From NCBI GenBank assembly GCA_003023665.1, contig PXYR01000001.1, positions 1 to 47,981 of the forward strand: a DNA stretch of 47,981 nt, read 5' to 3'. The position numbers and the translations under genes are program-made. Of this stretch, positions 9,458 to 18,444 are shown one piece after another; within the stretch, counting starts at the first letter, position 1; the number at the start of each line of letters is the position of its first letter. The notes beneath the pieces were generated by a model. The model worked only from the letters and a program-made list of their open reading frames with translations. It ran no database searches and had not been told where the DNA came from. This DNA comes from Bacteroidota bacterium. GTDB lineage: Bacteria > Bacteroidota > Bacteroidia > Flavobacteriales > Schleiferiaceae.

Positions 9458-10837
9458 ATGGATACTACAGCAATTGTTTTCGCAGTAATTAACCTCGTTT
9501 TAGTAGTTCTACTCTTTTTAAAGTTTAGATCCACTGGCAACGCTTCTTCCGAATCCTCTAACGAAGTACCCGAATGGGCGGAAGTACAAATCAAGGAACT
9601 TAAATCTGAAGCCTTAAATACCTCTGAATCACTAAAAGAAGCACAAGAAGCTTTATCCGAAGAGCAAGTCAAAAGTGCCCAAACAATTAGTTCCCTCCAA
9701 GCAAAATTAGAGGCAGCACAGGAAAAAATTAAAGAACAGCAAGAAAACTTTGCTGCTCAAAGAGAACAAGCAAAAGCAGACAAGGAATCCATGGCCAATG
9801 AATTTAAGGTATTGGCAGAAAAAATTCTCGATGAGAAAACAAAGCAGTTTAAGACCACAAATAGTGAAGAGCTAGACAAGTTACTTGCCCCGTTTAAGCA
9901 GAAATTAACAGACTTTGAAACAACGGTTAAAGAAAATCACAAGGAAGAACTGAAGAATTCGGGTGCTTTAATGGAAAATATAAAAGCCCTGAAAAACATG
10001 AACGACCAGCTCACTGCCGAAGCAAGCGGTCTGGCTAAGGCCTTGAGAGGTGATACCAAAAAACAGGGGAATTGGGGAGAATTCGTTTTAGAACGCGCTC
10101 TAGAAATGAGTGGTTTAACTAAAAATCAGGAATTCTTTGTTCAAAACAGCGAAACAACGGCAGATGGACGCAGACTTCAACCTGATGTTATCATACAGTT
10201 GCCTGAAGACAAAAAAATCATAGTAGATTCAAAGGTATCGCTGGTATCATGGGAAGCCTATGCAAATGCTGAGGAGGAGGATTCAAAAAAGCACATGAAA
10301 TCACTCATTGCTAGTATTCAAACGCACATTAAACAACTCAGTGAGAAAGACTATCCGCAACTTTATGATGGAGCTACACCTGAATTTGTTCTTCTTTTTA
10401 TACCAATAGAAGCAGCGTTTATGGAAGCTACTAAATTTGATGGCACGCTATACGAATTGGCATTTTCAAAAAAGATCATTTTAGTATCTACCTCAACTCT
10501 TCTGGCCACGTTAAAGACCATAGCAATGGCTTGGAGGCAGGAAAAACAAACAAGAAATGTCATTGAAATTGCTGATGCCGGCGGTAAGCTTTATGATAAG
10601 TTTGTTGGATTAAGTGAGGATTTGTTAAAACTAGGCGACCAATTCAATACGGCTCAAAAGACCTACGAAAGCTCCATGAATAAGATGGTTGATGGGCGAG
10701 GAAACTTGATCACTCAAGTAGAACGATTAAAAAAACTCGGAAGTAAAACAAAAAAAGAATTGGACAGTAGAATGATAGAACGAGCCAATCTTGGGGAGTT
10801 TTCGAATGAATCGTCCACAAAATCAATTGAAGAATAA
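9458..10837 (+). CDS. rmuC: DNA recombination protein RmuC
   Basis: N-terminal TM segment (MDTTAIVFAVINLVLVVLLF), a long coiled coil, then the RmuC nuclease-like core (GNWGEFVLERALE, PDVIIQLPEDKKIIVDSK). Confidence 0.88.
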   Translation: MDTTAIVFAVINLVLVVLLFLKFRSTGNASSESSNEVPEWAEVQIKELKSEALNTSESLKEAQEALSEEQVKSAQTISSLQAKLEAAQEKIKEQQENFAAQREQAKADKESMANEFKVLAEKILDEKTKQFKTTNSEELDKLLAPFKQKLTDFETTVKENHKEELKNSGALMENIKALKNMNDQLTAEASGLAKALRGDTKKQGNWGEFVLERALEMSGLTKNQEFFVQNSETTADGRRLQPDVIIQLPEDKKIIVDSKVSLVSWEAYANAEEEDSKKHMKSLIASIQTHIKQLSEKDYPQLYDGATPEFVLLFIPIEAAFMEATKFDGTLYELAFSKKIILVSTSTLLATLKTIAMAWRQEKQTRNVIEIADAGGKLYDKFVGLSEDLLKLGDQFNTAQKTYESSMNKMVDGRGNLITQVERLKKLGSKTKKELDSRMIERANLGEFSNESSTKSIEE

Positions 10838-11571
10838 TGGCCAACGATCAACTCATATATGGACTCAGACCAATCCTACAAGCCACTCAAGATGGACAAA
10901 CTATTGATAAGGTGTTCCTTCAAAAAGGACTTGGAGGCGCACTGTACTCTCAATTGGAAGGAACATTGCGGGATCAAGGCATAGCCCCTAAATATGTTCC
11001 TGTTGAAAAACTCAACCGGCTAACTAGAGGAAATCATCAAGGTGCCGTGGCATTTTTGAGTCCTGTTGATTTTTACGATTTAGAAGAAGTCATTACCAAA
11101 ATTGTGGACTCGGGTGAGAAACCACTTATACTTGCTCTGGATCGCATTACAGATGTGAGGAACTTTGGAGCTATTGCACGATCAGCTGAGTGTTCCGGGG
11201 TTCATGCGATTGTTCTACCAAAAAATGATAGCGCTCCTGTGAGTGCAGATGCTATTCGCACCTCAACAGGGGCCTTATTAGAAATTCCAATTTGCAAGGT
11301 CAATCACATGAAAGATGCGATTTTTTTAGCCCAAAGTCTAGGGTTGAAAATCATAGCAGGTACAGAAAAATCAGAAACATCCATGTATGATGCTCCTTTT
11401 GAAGAACCGTGCATGCTAATCATGGGTAATGAAGAAACTGGTGTACATAAAAGCTTAATTCAATTGGCAGACGCAAAGGCACTCATTCCCATGAAAGGAC
11501 AAATTAATTCTCTTAATGTGAGTGTAGCAACAGGCGTCCTACTCTATGAAGCTGTAAGACAAAGAGGTTGA
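10837..11571 (+). CDS. rlmB: 23S rRNA (guanosine-2'-O)-methyltransferase, SpoU/TrmH family (RlmB-like)
   Basis: 244 aa with an N-terminal SpoU substrate-binding region, then the TrmH motifs LDRITDVRNFGAIARSA, MGNEETG and SLNVSVATG. Confidence 0.85.
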   Translation: MANDQLIYGLRPILQATQDGQTIDKVFLQKGLGGALYSQLEGTLRDQGIAPKYVPVEKLNRLTRGNHQGAVAFLSPVDFYDLEEVITKIVDSGEKPLILALDRITDVRNFGAIARSAECSGVHAIVLPKNDSAPVSADAIRTSTGALLEIPICKVNHMKDAIFLAQSLGLKIIAGTEKSETSMYDAPFEEPCMLIMGNEETGVHKSLIQLADAKALIPMKGQINSLNVSVATGVLLYEAVRQRG

Positions 11572-11573
11572 AA

Positions 11574-13994
11574 ATGAAGAATATCATATTCATTGTATTC
11601 CTTACAATTGGCGGTAACCTAACTGCACAATTCAATTGCCAAAGCACAAAAAGTCTAAGTTCTATACAAAACAATGCACCTATTAACTACAATTCACGGT
11701 CTGACACTGCAGATCTTGAAAAGCTCCAATTAACTATAGACAGTCGTGATTTTGGAAACGGGCAAATGCAAGGAATTGCAAAATACCAACTGTATTCTAA
11801 GCTTGCATTCAGTTCATTGCGCTTTGACCTGTTAGGATTTACAGTAGATAGTGTTGTGTCCTCAAGCGGATCATTAAATTTCATGCAGCACGGTGAACAT
11901 GTAGTAATTTATTCCACAGTCTCTGCAGGTCAAACATTAAACTGGGATATCTACTACCATGGAGCAACGACAAAAGATGCAAGCGGCTGGGGCGGCATTC
12001 ATTTAGACGGAGCGTATCAATACAACTTAGGGGTGGGATTTGCAGCAAATCCTCACGTTTACGGGCGAAGTCTTTTTCCTTGTTTTGACAATTTTGTTGA
12101 GAAAAGCATTTTAGAGGAAATGAATATCATCACTGCGCCAAATAAAGTTGGCGTAAGTAACGGTATCCTTTCAAAAGTGGACACTTTAGGAAACGGAGAT
12201 TTGGTTTGGAAATGGGAAGGTCAAGCTCCCATCCCCTCTTACCTTGTTAGTATGGCTGTTTCGGATTATTTCAAACAGAGCTGGGCGCACGACGGTAAAT
12301 CTTTTGAAATCTATGGTCGAGCGCAAGACACAAGCAACATGAGGGCAGGATTTGTACATCTTACTGAAATCTATGATGCTTTTGTGAAAGAATTTGGCCC
12401 GTATCTTTTTGAAAAGGTCGGCTATGCACTGACTATTACGGGGGCAATGGAACATGCTGGAATGGTTCACCTACCTCGAAATCTAGCTAATGCCAATTTA
12501 GCTGGTGAAGACATTATTGCACATGAATTAGCTCACATGTGGTTTGGCAACGGTATAACCACTCTAACGGCAGAAGACATGTGGATTAATGAAGGGTTCG
12601 CGGAATTTGGTTCACACCTTTATGAAGAGTCCGTTTATGGCCCCTCTACATACATAGAAACGGTGCAGAATAATCAGAGCGTGGTTTTAAAACAAGCCTA
12701 CGCCAATGACGGGGGCCACCTAGCCCTTAGCGGCGTAAATCAAGACCAAACCTATGGCACACACACCTATCAAAAAGGCGCTATGGTCGCTCATAATTTA
12801 AGAGAATTCCTTGGAGATAGTCTTTTCAGTTTTGGTATGAAACAGCTTATCGCGAGCAATACCTATGGAAACTATAATGCAGAGGGGTTTAAAACTACTT
12901 TATCAGCGACAACAGGTAAAAAATTAGATGATTTCTGGAACGACTGGATTTACAACCCAGGTTATCACGGGGCATGGGTGGAATTGAATTATCCCGTAAA
13001 CGCAAATTGGAGCGCAACCACTAAATCTACAAATGTCCACCACCTTAGTGCACATACGGGAAACTATTCAGGGAGTGGAAATTCGGTTCCTGTTATGGTA
13101 TACAAGCACAGCTTTAACCATGGTTATCTGGGCAAGCTATCATTGGGCACATCCTCTAACTTCCAGTCAAACAGTATAGATTCTACTTACCACTCTTCTA
13201 GTTTAGATTTAGGCGCGGGACAAGATTATTGGCTAAGCACAAATGATAGCGCAGAATCCTTGGGCACTTCAGTTTATGATACTTTCACATGGTCCAGTAT
13301 TACCGGGACTAAAACCTTAGCAAAAACAGGTGTTAAAATCACGCCAAAGAGCACCAATAACGGTTTAGATGGCACATTCTATGTTTGGCATCATCGTACT
13401 GAAGGTCAATATGATCCTAATGGAACAACGAGTAGAGATCATTTTTACTTTATAGGTTATGAAGGAAATCATTCACCACCCATTGATTATCAAACAGAGC
13501 TTCCTTTTGAAGTAACTATCCCGTTCAATACCAACCCGAACAATGGAGGTTTGGATGTTGATTTAAACGGACTTCCTGCTAGCAAAATGACCATTGGCCA
13601 TAGCCCCACAATGAGATGGAAAAATGGTATTCCCATTGGGAATGCAACCACTCAAGCGCTAGGTAATACAGGAGTAGGTAATATCAGTTTTACGCCTGAG
13701 CATGTATCTAGATACTATTGGATAATGAATACGGCTAATATTGGTCTCAACGAATCGCCAAACATGGATTATAGAATATTCCCCAATCCAGCATCTCGCG
13801 AATTGAAGATTCAAACAGAATTGAATAGCGACTTTTTGATTTATGAAATTACTGACACACGGGGAAGGCATATCGTTGAGGGTAAGACCAACCTAGACCA
13901 TAAAGTCAGCACAATACGCTTACCTGAAGGATTAGAGGAAGGTAATTATCTTTTTCATTGTGAATTGGGCGTAAAAAGGTTTTCCATCTTATAA
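11574..13994 (+). CDS. secreted M1-family zinc aminopeptidase-like protein with T9SS C-terminal domain
   Basis: Signal peptide MKNIIFIVFLTIGGNLTAQ. A GAMEH (GxMEN-like) motif and HELAH-X18-E (IAHELAHMWFGN...WINEGFAEF) are present. The C-terminus YRIFPNPASRELKIQ... is a T9SS CTD. The ATG at 11574 is preferred over the TTG at 11568. Confidence 0.75.
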   Translation: MKNIIFIVFLTIGGNLTAQFNCQSTKSLSSIQNNAPINYNSRSDTADLEKLQLTIDSRDFGNGQMQGIAKYQLYSKLAFSSLRFDLLGFTVDSVVSSSGSLNFMQHGEHVVIYSTVSAGQTLNWDIYYHGATTKDASGWGGIHLDGAYQYNLGVGFAANPHVYGRSLFPCFDNFVEKSILEEMNIITAPNKVGVSNGILSKVDTLGNGDLVWKWEGQAPIPSYLVSMAVSDYFKQSWAHDGKSFEIYGRAQDTSNMRAGFVHLTEIYDAFVKEFGPYLFEKVGYALTITGAMEHAGMVHLPRNLANANLAGEDIIAHELAHMWFGNGITTLTAEDMWINEGFAEFGSHLYEESVYGPSTYIETVQNNQSVVLKQAYANDGGHLALSGVNQDQTYGTHTYQKGAMVAHNLREFLGDSLFSFGMKQLIASNTYGNYNAEGFKTTLSATTGKKLDDFWNDWIYNPGYHGAWVELNYPVNANWSATTKSTNVHHLSAHTGNYSGSGNSVPVMVYKHSFNHGYLGKLSLGTSSNFQSNSIDSTYHSSSLDLGAGQDYWLSTNDSAESLGTSVYDTFTWSSITGTKTLAKTGVKITPKSTNNGLDGTFYVWHHRTEGQYDPNGTTSRDHFYFIGYEGNHSPPIDYQTELPFEVTIPFNTNPNNGGLDVDLNGLPASKMTIGHSPTMRWKNGIPIGNATTQALGNTGVGNISFTPEHVSRYYWIMNTANIGLNESPNMDYRIFPNPASRELKIQTELNSDFLIYEITDTRGRHIVEGKTNLDHKVSTIRLPEGLEEGNYLFHCELGVKRFSIL

Positions 13995-14024
13995 ACAATT
14001 CTTGAAGATTAGTTACCTTTTCGT

Positions 14025-14243
14025 ATGGATTACAAAGAATATCGAAAATTCGCTCATGACGTTAAAAATCATTTAACTGGAGCCTCCCTGCAAGTTCAGG
14101 TTTTATCCATGCTCCTAGGAGAAGAACAGAAAGACCGTATAGCTCAAGTGGCAGATGAAATCCAAAAAGCGGGTGATAAAATTGCCGATTTCCAACAAAA
14201 AGTAAAAGCAGCTCAACAAAGTTCCGAAGACTCTAAAAAATAG
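14025..14243 (+). CDS. 72-aa stand-alone histidine-kinase H-box (DHp/HisKA-like) protein
   Basis: YRKFAHDVKNHLTGASLQVQVL resembles the HisKA phospho-acceptor H-box (F-x-H-D/E-L-K/R-x-P-L-T). The rest is predicted helical. There is no ATPase, sensor or receiver domain. Confidence 0.5.
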   Translation: MDYKEYRKFAHDVKNHLTGASLQVQVLSMLLGEEQKDRIAQVADEIQKAGDKIADFQQKVKAAQQSSEDSKK

Positions 14244-14997
14244 TCAATTGCACCGGGCAGTGATCGCTTCCCATCACCTCATTTAATATCTCGCTGTCCT
14301 TAACACTAGGCATTAAGCTTTGGCTGACTAAAAAATAATCTAATCGCCATCCCACGTTTTTACTCCGAGCACCGCCTCGATAACTCCACCAGCTGTATTT
14401 GATAGTTTGTGGATTTAAACTTCTGAATGTATCCACAAATCCGGATTCAAGCATGGTAGTCAACCCATCTATTTCAGCTTGTGTGTAACCAGGAGTCTTG
14501 TTATAGTTTGATTTAGGATTCTTTAAATCTATTTCTTGGTGTGCCACATTTAAATCACCACAAACCACTACAGGCTTAGTCTGCTCTAATTTCTTAAGGT
14601 ATTTCAAGAAGGCAACGTCCCATTCTTGTGTTCTATAATCAATGCGCTTTAAACCGGAAGACGAATTGGGTACATAAACCGTGACGTAGAAAAAGTTCTC
14701 AAATTCAGCGGTAATTGACCTCCCCTCATTATCATGTTTTGGTACACCAATACCATTGGTTACTGACAACGGCTCCACCTTAGAAAGAATGGCAGTACCG
14801 CTATATCCTTTTTTCTCTGCACTGAACGCATAGATGTAGTAACCTTGCAATTCGCTTAAAGCCTCCTTAACCTGCTCTGGAGTGGCTTTGGTCTCTTGTA
14901 AACCGACCACATCACAATCCAATTTATGCAAGTCTTCAACTAAAGTTTTTCCTGCGGCGGCACGGACACCGTTCACATTAAAGGAGAGTAATTTCAT
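14233..14997 (-). CDS. xth: exodeoxyribonuclease III (AP endonuclease)
   Basis: MKLLSFNVNG, GLQETK, CGDLNVAH, WSYR and SDHCPV are canonical ExoIII/EEP motifs. Confidence 0.93.
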   Translation of the reverse strand: MKLLSFNVNGVRAAAGKTLVEDLHKLDCDVVGLQETKATPEQVKEALSELQGYYIYAFSAEKKGYSGTAILSKVEPLSVTNGIGVPKHDNEGRSITAEFENFFYVTVYVPNSSSGLKRIDYRTQEWDVAFLKYLKKLEQTKPVVVCGDLNVAHQEIDLKNPKSNYNKTPGYTQAEIDGLTTMLESGFVDTFRSLNPQTIKYSWWSYRGGARSKNVGWRLDYFLVSQSLMPSVKDSEILNEVMGSDHCPVQLTIF

Positions 14998-17900
14998 TTA
15001 CATATTTCTTCTATACTGTCCACCAACTTGGAACAGCGCGTTGGTAATTTGACCCAAGGAGCAATGTTTTGCTGCCTCCATGAGCACGTCAAATATATTG
15101 GTATTCTGGACAGCTGCATCTTGAATTTTTGAGATGCTTTCCGCAGACTCTTTATTGTTTCCTTGATGCAGCGCTTCAAGCATTTTTATTTGGTATTCCT
15201 TTTCATCTACAGTAGCTCGAATAACCTCCGCAGGAACAATGGTTGGAGAGCCTTTCTTATTCAAAAACGTATTGACACCAATAATTGGGAATTCTCCAGT
15301 ATGTTTCAATGTTTCATAATAGAGACTTTCTTCTTGAATCTTTCCTCTTTGATACATGGTCTCCATTGCTCCCAAAACCCCACCTCGTTCAGTAATACGG
15401 TCAAATTCAAGAAGCACCGCTTCTTCTACCAAGTCCGTCAATTCTTCTATAATAAAGGCACCTTGAATGGGATTCTCGTTTTTGGTTAAACCCAGTTCCT
15501 TATTGATGATAAGCTGAATAGCCATAGCCCGTCGTACACTCTCTTCTGTAGGAGTAGTAATTGCCTCATCATAAGCATTGGTATGCAAAGAATTACAATT
15601 GTCGTAGATGGCATATAGAGCCTGAAGCGTTGTACGTATGTCGTTGAAATCAATTTCTTGGGCATGCAGGCTCCGTCCAGAAGTTTGAATATGATACTTC
15701 AGCATCTGCGAACGAGCATCAGCTCCGTATTTATGCTTCATGGCATTGGCCCAAATTCGTCGAGCTACACGTCCAATTACAGCGTATTCAGGATCAATTC
15801 CGTTGGAGAAGAAGAAACTTAAGTTTGGTGCAAACTTATTGATGTCCATTCCTCTGCTTAAGTAATATTCCACATAGGTAAAGCCGTTAGCTAAAGTAAA
15901 AGCCAACTGAGTTACAGGATTTGCTCCTGCTTCGGCAATGTGGTACCCTGAGATGGAAACACTGTAGAAATTTCTAACCTTCCAATCAATGAAATAACTC
16001 TGTACATCCCCCATTAACCTCAAAGCAAATTCTGTTGAGAAAATACAGGTGTTTTGGGCTTGGTCCTCCTTTAGAATATCTGCTTGAACCGTACCGCGAA
16101 CGGCATTCATGGTCTTAGCTTTAATTTGGCCATAGGTCTTAGCATCTAAGACCTCGTCTCCTGTTACTCCTAAAAGCAACAATCCTAAACCATCATTGCC
16201 TTCAGGCAAATCACCTTGGTAGGCAGGACGTGCGATTTTTTGTTGATCGTACTTGGCTTTCTTTAACTTCTCTACCTCTGATTCTAGGCCATTTTCTTTG
16301 ATATATAACTCGCATTCTTGATCAATTGCCGCATTCATAAAATAAGCCAATAGCATAGGCGCCGGACCATTAATGGTCATGGATACAGAGGTCGTAGGAG
16401 CCGTAAGTCGAAAACCTGAATACAATTTCTTTGCATCATCAAGACAACAAATACTTACCCCAGAGTTTCCAATCTTTCCGTAAATATCTGGTCTTCGAGC
16501 AGGATCATTTCCGTAGAGCGTTACACTATCAAATGCAGTTGATAGACGTTTGGCATCCATTCCTAAACTTACGTAATGGAATCGCTTGTTCGTGCGCTCA
16601 GGGCCGCCTTCACCAGCGAACATTCTTGTTGGATCTTCACCTTCTCGCTTAAAAGGATAAATACCTGCGGTATAGGGGAATTCACCAGGAATGTTTTCTA
16701 ATAATATCCATCTAAGCACATCTCCCCAACTGCGATATTTAGGCAAGGCTATCTTAGGTATTTGTGTATGAGAGAGACTTTCCGTGTGCGTTTTAATCTT
16801 AATTTCTTTTCCTCGAACTTCAAAGGAATAAACGGGGTCTTTATAGCGTTTTACAGTGGCATCCCATTGCTGAATCTTTTCCCAATTATATGGGTCCAAA
16901 TCCATTTTAATACGATCAAAACTGGCTTGCAGTTGACTTACCAATTCTGAATCCTTTAATGTTTCTATAGATCTATGAAGTGCATAGAGTTTATCTGCCA
17001 CCTCTATTTGCTCTGTGATTTTATCTCTATGAATACGATGGCTCTCCGAAATCTCACTTAAATAGCGTGTTCGTTTTGGAGGAATAATGAAAATCTTTTC
17101 ACTCAATTCATCGGATACAGCAAATTTGCTTGCAAAACCAGCATTTGCTTTGGCATTCAGCATCTCTATAATCGCTTTGTATAGACTATTGGTTCCCGGA
17201 TCGTTAAATTGACTTGCAATAGTGCCGTAAACTGGCATGGAATCTGGATCATCATGCCAACGGTTATGATTGCGCTGGTACTGCTTTTTGACATCTCGTA
17301 ATGCGTCCAACGCACCGCGCTTGTCAAATTTGTTCAGCGCAATGAGGTCTGCAAAATCGAGCATGTCTATTTTTTCCAATTGAGTCGCCGCTCCATATTC
17401 CGGAGTCATGACATAAAGACTTGCATCACTGTGATCCAATATTTCCGTATCGCTCTGACCAATACCAGAGGTTTCCAAAATGATTAAATCGAAACCCGCC
17501 ACCTTAAGAATGTCTAAGGCATTCTGAACATGGGCACTCAGTGCCAAATTAGCCTGACGGGTAGCAAGAGAACGCATGAATACATTTTCGTGATTTATGG
17601 CATTCATCCTAATTCGATCTCCGAGTAATGCACCGCCCGTTTTTCTTTTAGATGGGTCTACGGAGACTACTGCAATGCGTTTAGAGGGAAAATCTACAGT
17701 GAACCTACGAACCAGTTCATCTACCATTGAACTCTTCCCCGCTCCTCCCGTACCGGTAATACCTAAAATGGGTGTTTTGATCGCCGAAGCTCTTTCCGTT
17801 ATTTCATTTATGGCATCACGATGCGCCTTGCCACAGTTTTCTGCCGCACTTATCCATCTTGCGATTATAGGATTCGCCGCGCCGGAAATATCTTTTACTT

Positions 17901-18360
17901 CGCCGGGTGTTTCTTCTCCAACCAAAAAGTCTGACTGCTCCACCAAATCGTTGATCATACCTTGTAAACCCATCTTTCGACCATCGTCAGGATGGTACAA
18001 TCTGGTAATCCCGTAGGCATGTAATTCTTCAATCTCTTCAGGCAAGATGGTACCGCCTCCACCTCCGAATATTTTGATATGCTGAGCTCCTCTTTGCTGA
18101 AGTAAATCATACATATATTTAAAATATTCAAGGTGTCCTCCTTGATAGGAAGTCATGGCAATGGCATTGGCATCTTCTTGAATTGCAGTATTTACGACTT
18201 CCTCAACAGAGCGGTCATGACCGAGGTGTATAACCTCACAACCGGTACTTTGAATGATTCGGCGCATAATATTAATGGCAGCATCATGGCCGTCAAAAAG
18301 AGAAGCCGCTGTGACGATGCGCACCTTGTTCTTGGGTACGTACGGAGCAGGGATATCCAT
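14998..18360 (-). CDS. icmF: fused isobutyryl-CoA mutase (B12-binding domain + MeaB-like GTPase + mutase barrel)
   Basis: 1120 aa. The N-terminal B12 domain carries [12 protein letters not shown], and a P-loop GTGGAGKSS with a MeaB-like G domain lies in the middle. The C-terminal mutase domain carries RMFAGEG and [14 protein letters not shown], the Phe/Gln signature of ICM-type rather than MCM-type enzymes. Confidence 0.9.
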   Translation of the reverse strand: MDIPAPYVPKNKVRIVTAASLFDGHDAAINIMRRIIQSTGCEVIHLGHDRSVEEVVNTAIQEDANAIAMTSYQGGHLEYFKYMYDLLQQRGAQHIKIFGGGGGTILPEEIEELHAYGITRLYHPDDGRKMGLQGMINDLVEQSDFLVGEETPGEVKDISGAANPIIARWISAAENCGKAHRDAINEITERASAIKTPILGITGTGGAGKSSMVDELVRRFTVDFPSKRIAVVSVDPSKRKTGGALLGDRIRMNAINHENVFMRSLATRQANLALSAHVQNALDILKVAGFDLIILETSGIGQSDTEILDHSDASLYVMTPEYGAATQLEKIDMLDFADLIALNKFDKRGALDALRDVKKQYQRNHNRWHDDPDSMPVYGTIASQFNDPGTNSLYKAIIEMLNAKANAGFASKFAVSDELSEKIFIIPPKRTRYLSEISESHRIHRDKITEQIEVADKLYALHRSIETLKDSELVSQLQASFDRIKMDLDPYNWEKIQQWDATVKRYKDPVYSFEVRGKEIKIKTHTESLSHTQIPKIALPKYRSWGDVLRWILLENIPGEFPYTAGIYPFKREGEDPTRMFAGEGGPERTNKRFHYVSLGMDAKRLSTAFDSVTLYGNDPARRPDIYGKIGNSGVSICCLDDAKKLYSGFRLTAPTTSVSMTINGPAPMLLAYFMNAAIDQECELYIKENGLESEVEKLKKAKYDQQKIARPAYQGDLPEGNDGLGLLLLGVTGDEVLDAKTYGQIKAKTMNAVRGTVQADILKEDQAQNTCIFSTEFALRLMGDVQSYFIDWKVRNFYSVSISGYHIAEAGANPVTQLAFTLANGFTYVEYYLSRGMDINKFAPNLSFFFSNGIDPEYAVIGRVARRIWANAMKHKYGADARSQMLKYHIQTSGRSLHAQEIDFNDIRTTLQALYAIYDNCNSLHTNAYDEAITTPTEESVRRAMAIQLIINKELGLTKNENPIQGAFIIEELTDLVEEAVLLEFDRITERGGVLGAMETMYQRGKIQEESLYYETLKHTGEFPIIGVNTFLNKKGSPTIVPAEVIRATVDEKEYQIKMLEALHQGNNKESAESISKIQDAAVQNTNIFDVLMEAAKHCSLGQITNALFQVGGQYRRNM

Positions 18361-18444
18361 ATTTCTGTGATGTATTTGGGTCCTCTAAGATACATCAGAA
18401 GTGTCAATGATTCTTTTCCCTATCTTCACGGCAAAGCGAAAAAT

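Noticed and set aside
14994-15179. 61-aa minus-strand ORF overlapping the icmF 3' end and the xth start
   Set aside because: It lies in an alternative frame of the well-supported icmF C-terminus and has no recognisable features. It is most likely a chance frame.
18133-18444. 104-codon N-terminal extension of the 717-aa ORF, running antisense through the icmF 5' end
   Set aside because: The extension has no signal or TM character and lies entirely inside the strongly supported icmF coding region and its leader. The hydrophobic protein proper begins at MKVFTS (18445).
18361-18444. Possible cobalamin riboswitch upstream of the B12-dependent icmF
   Set aside because: The leader is only 84 nt, far shorter than a cobalamin riboswitch, and neither strand contains a B12-box-like GCCACTG core.
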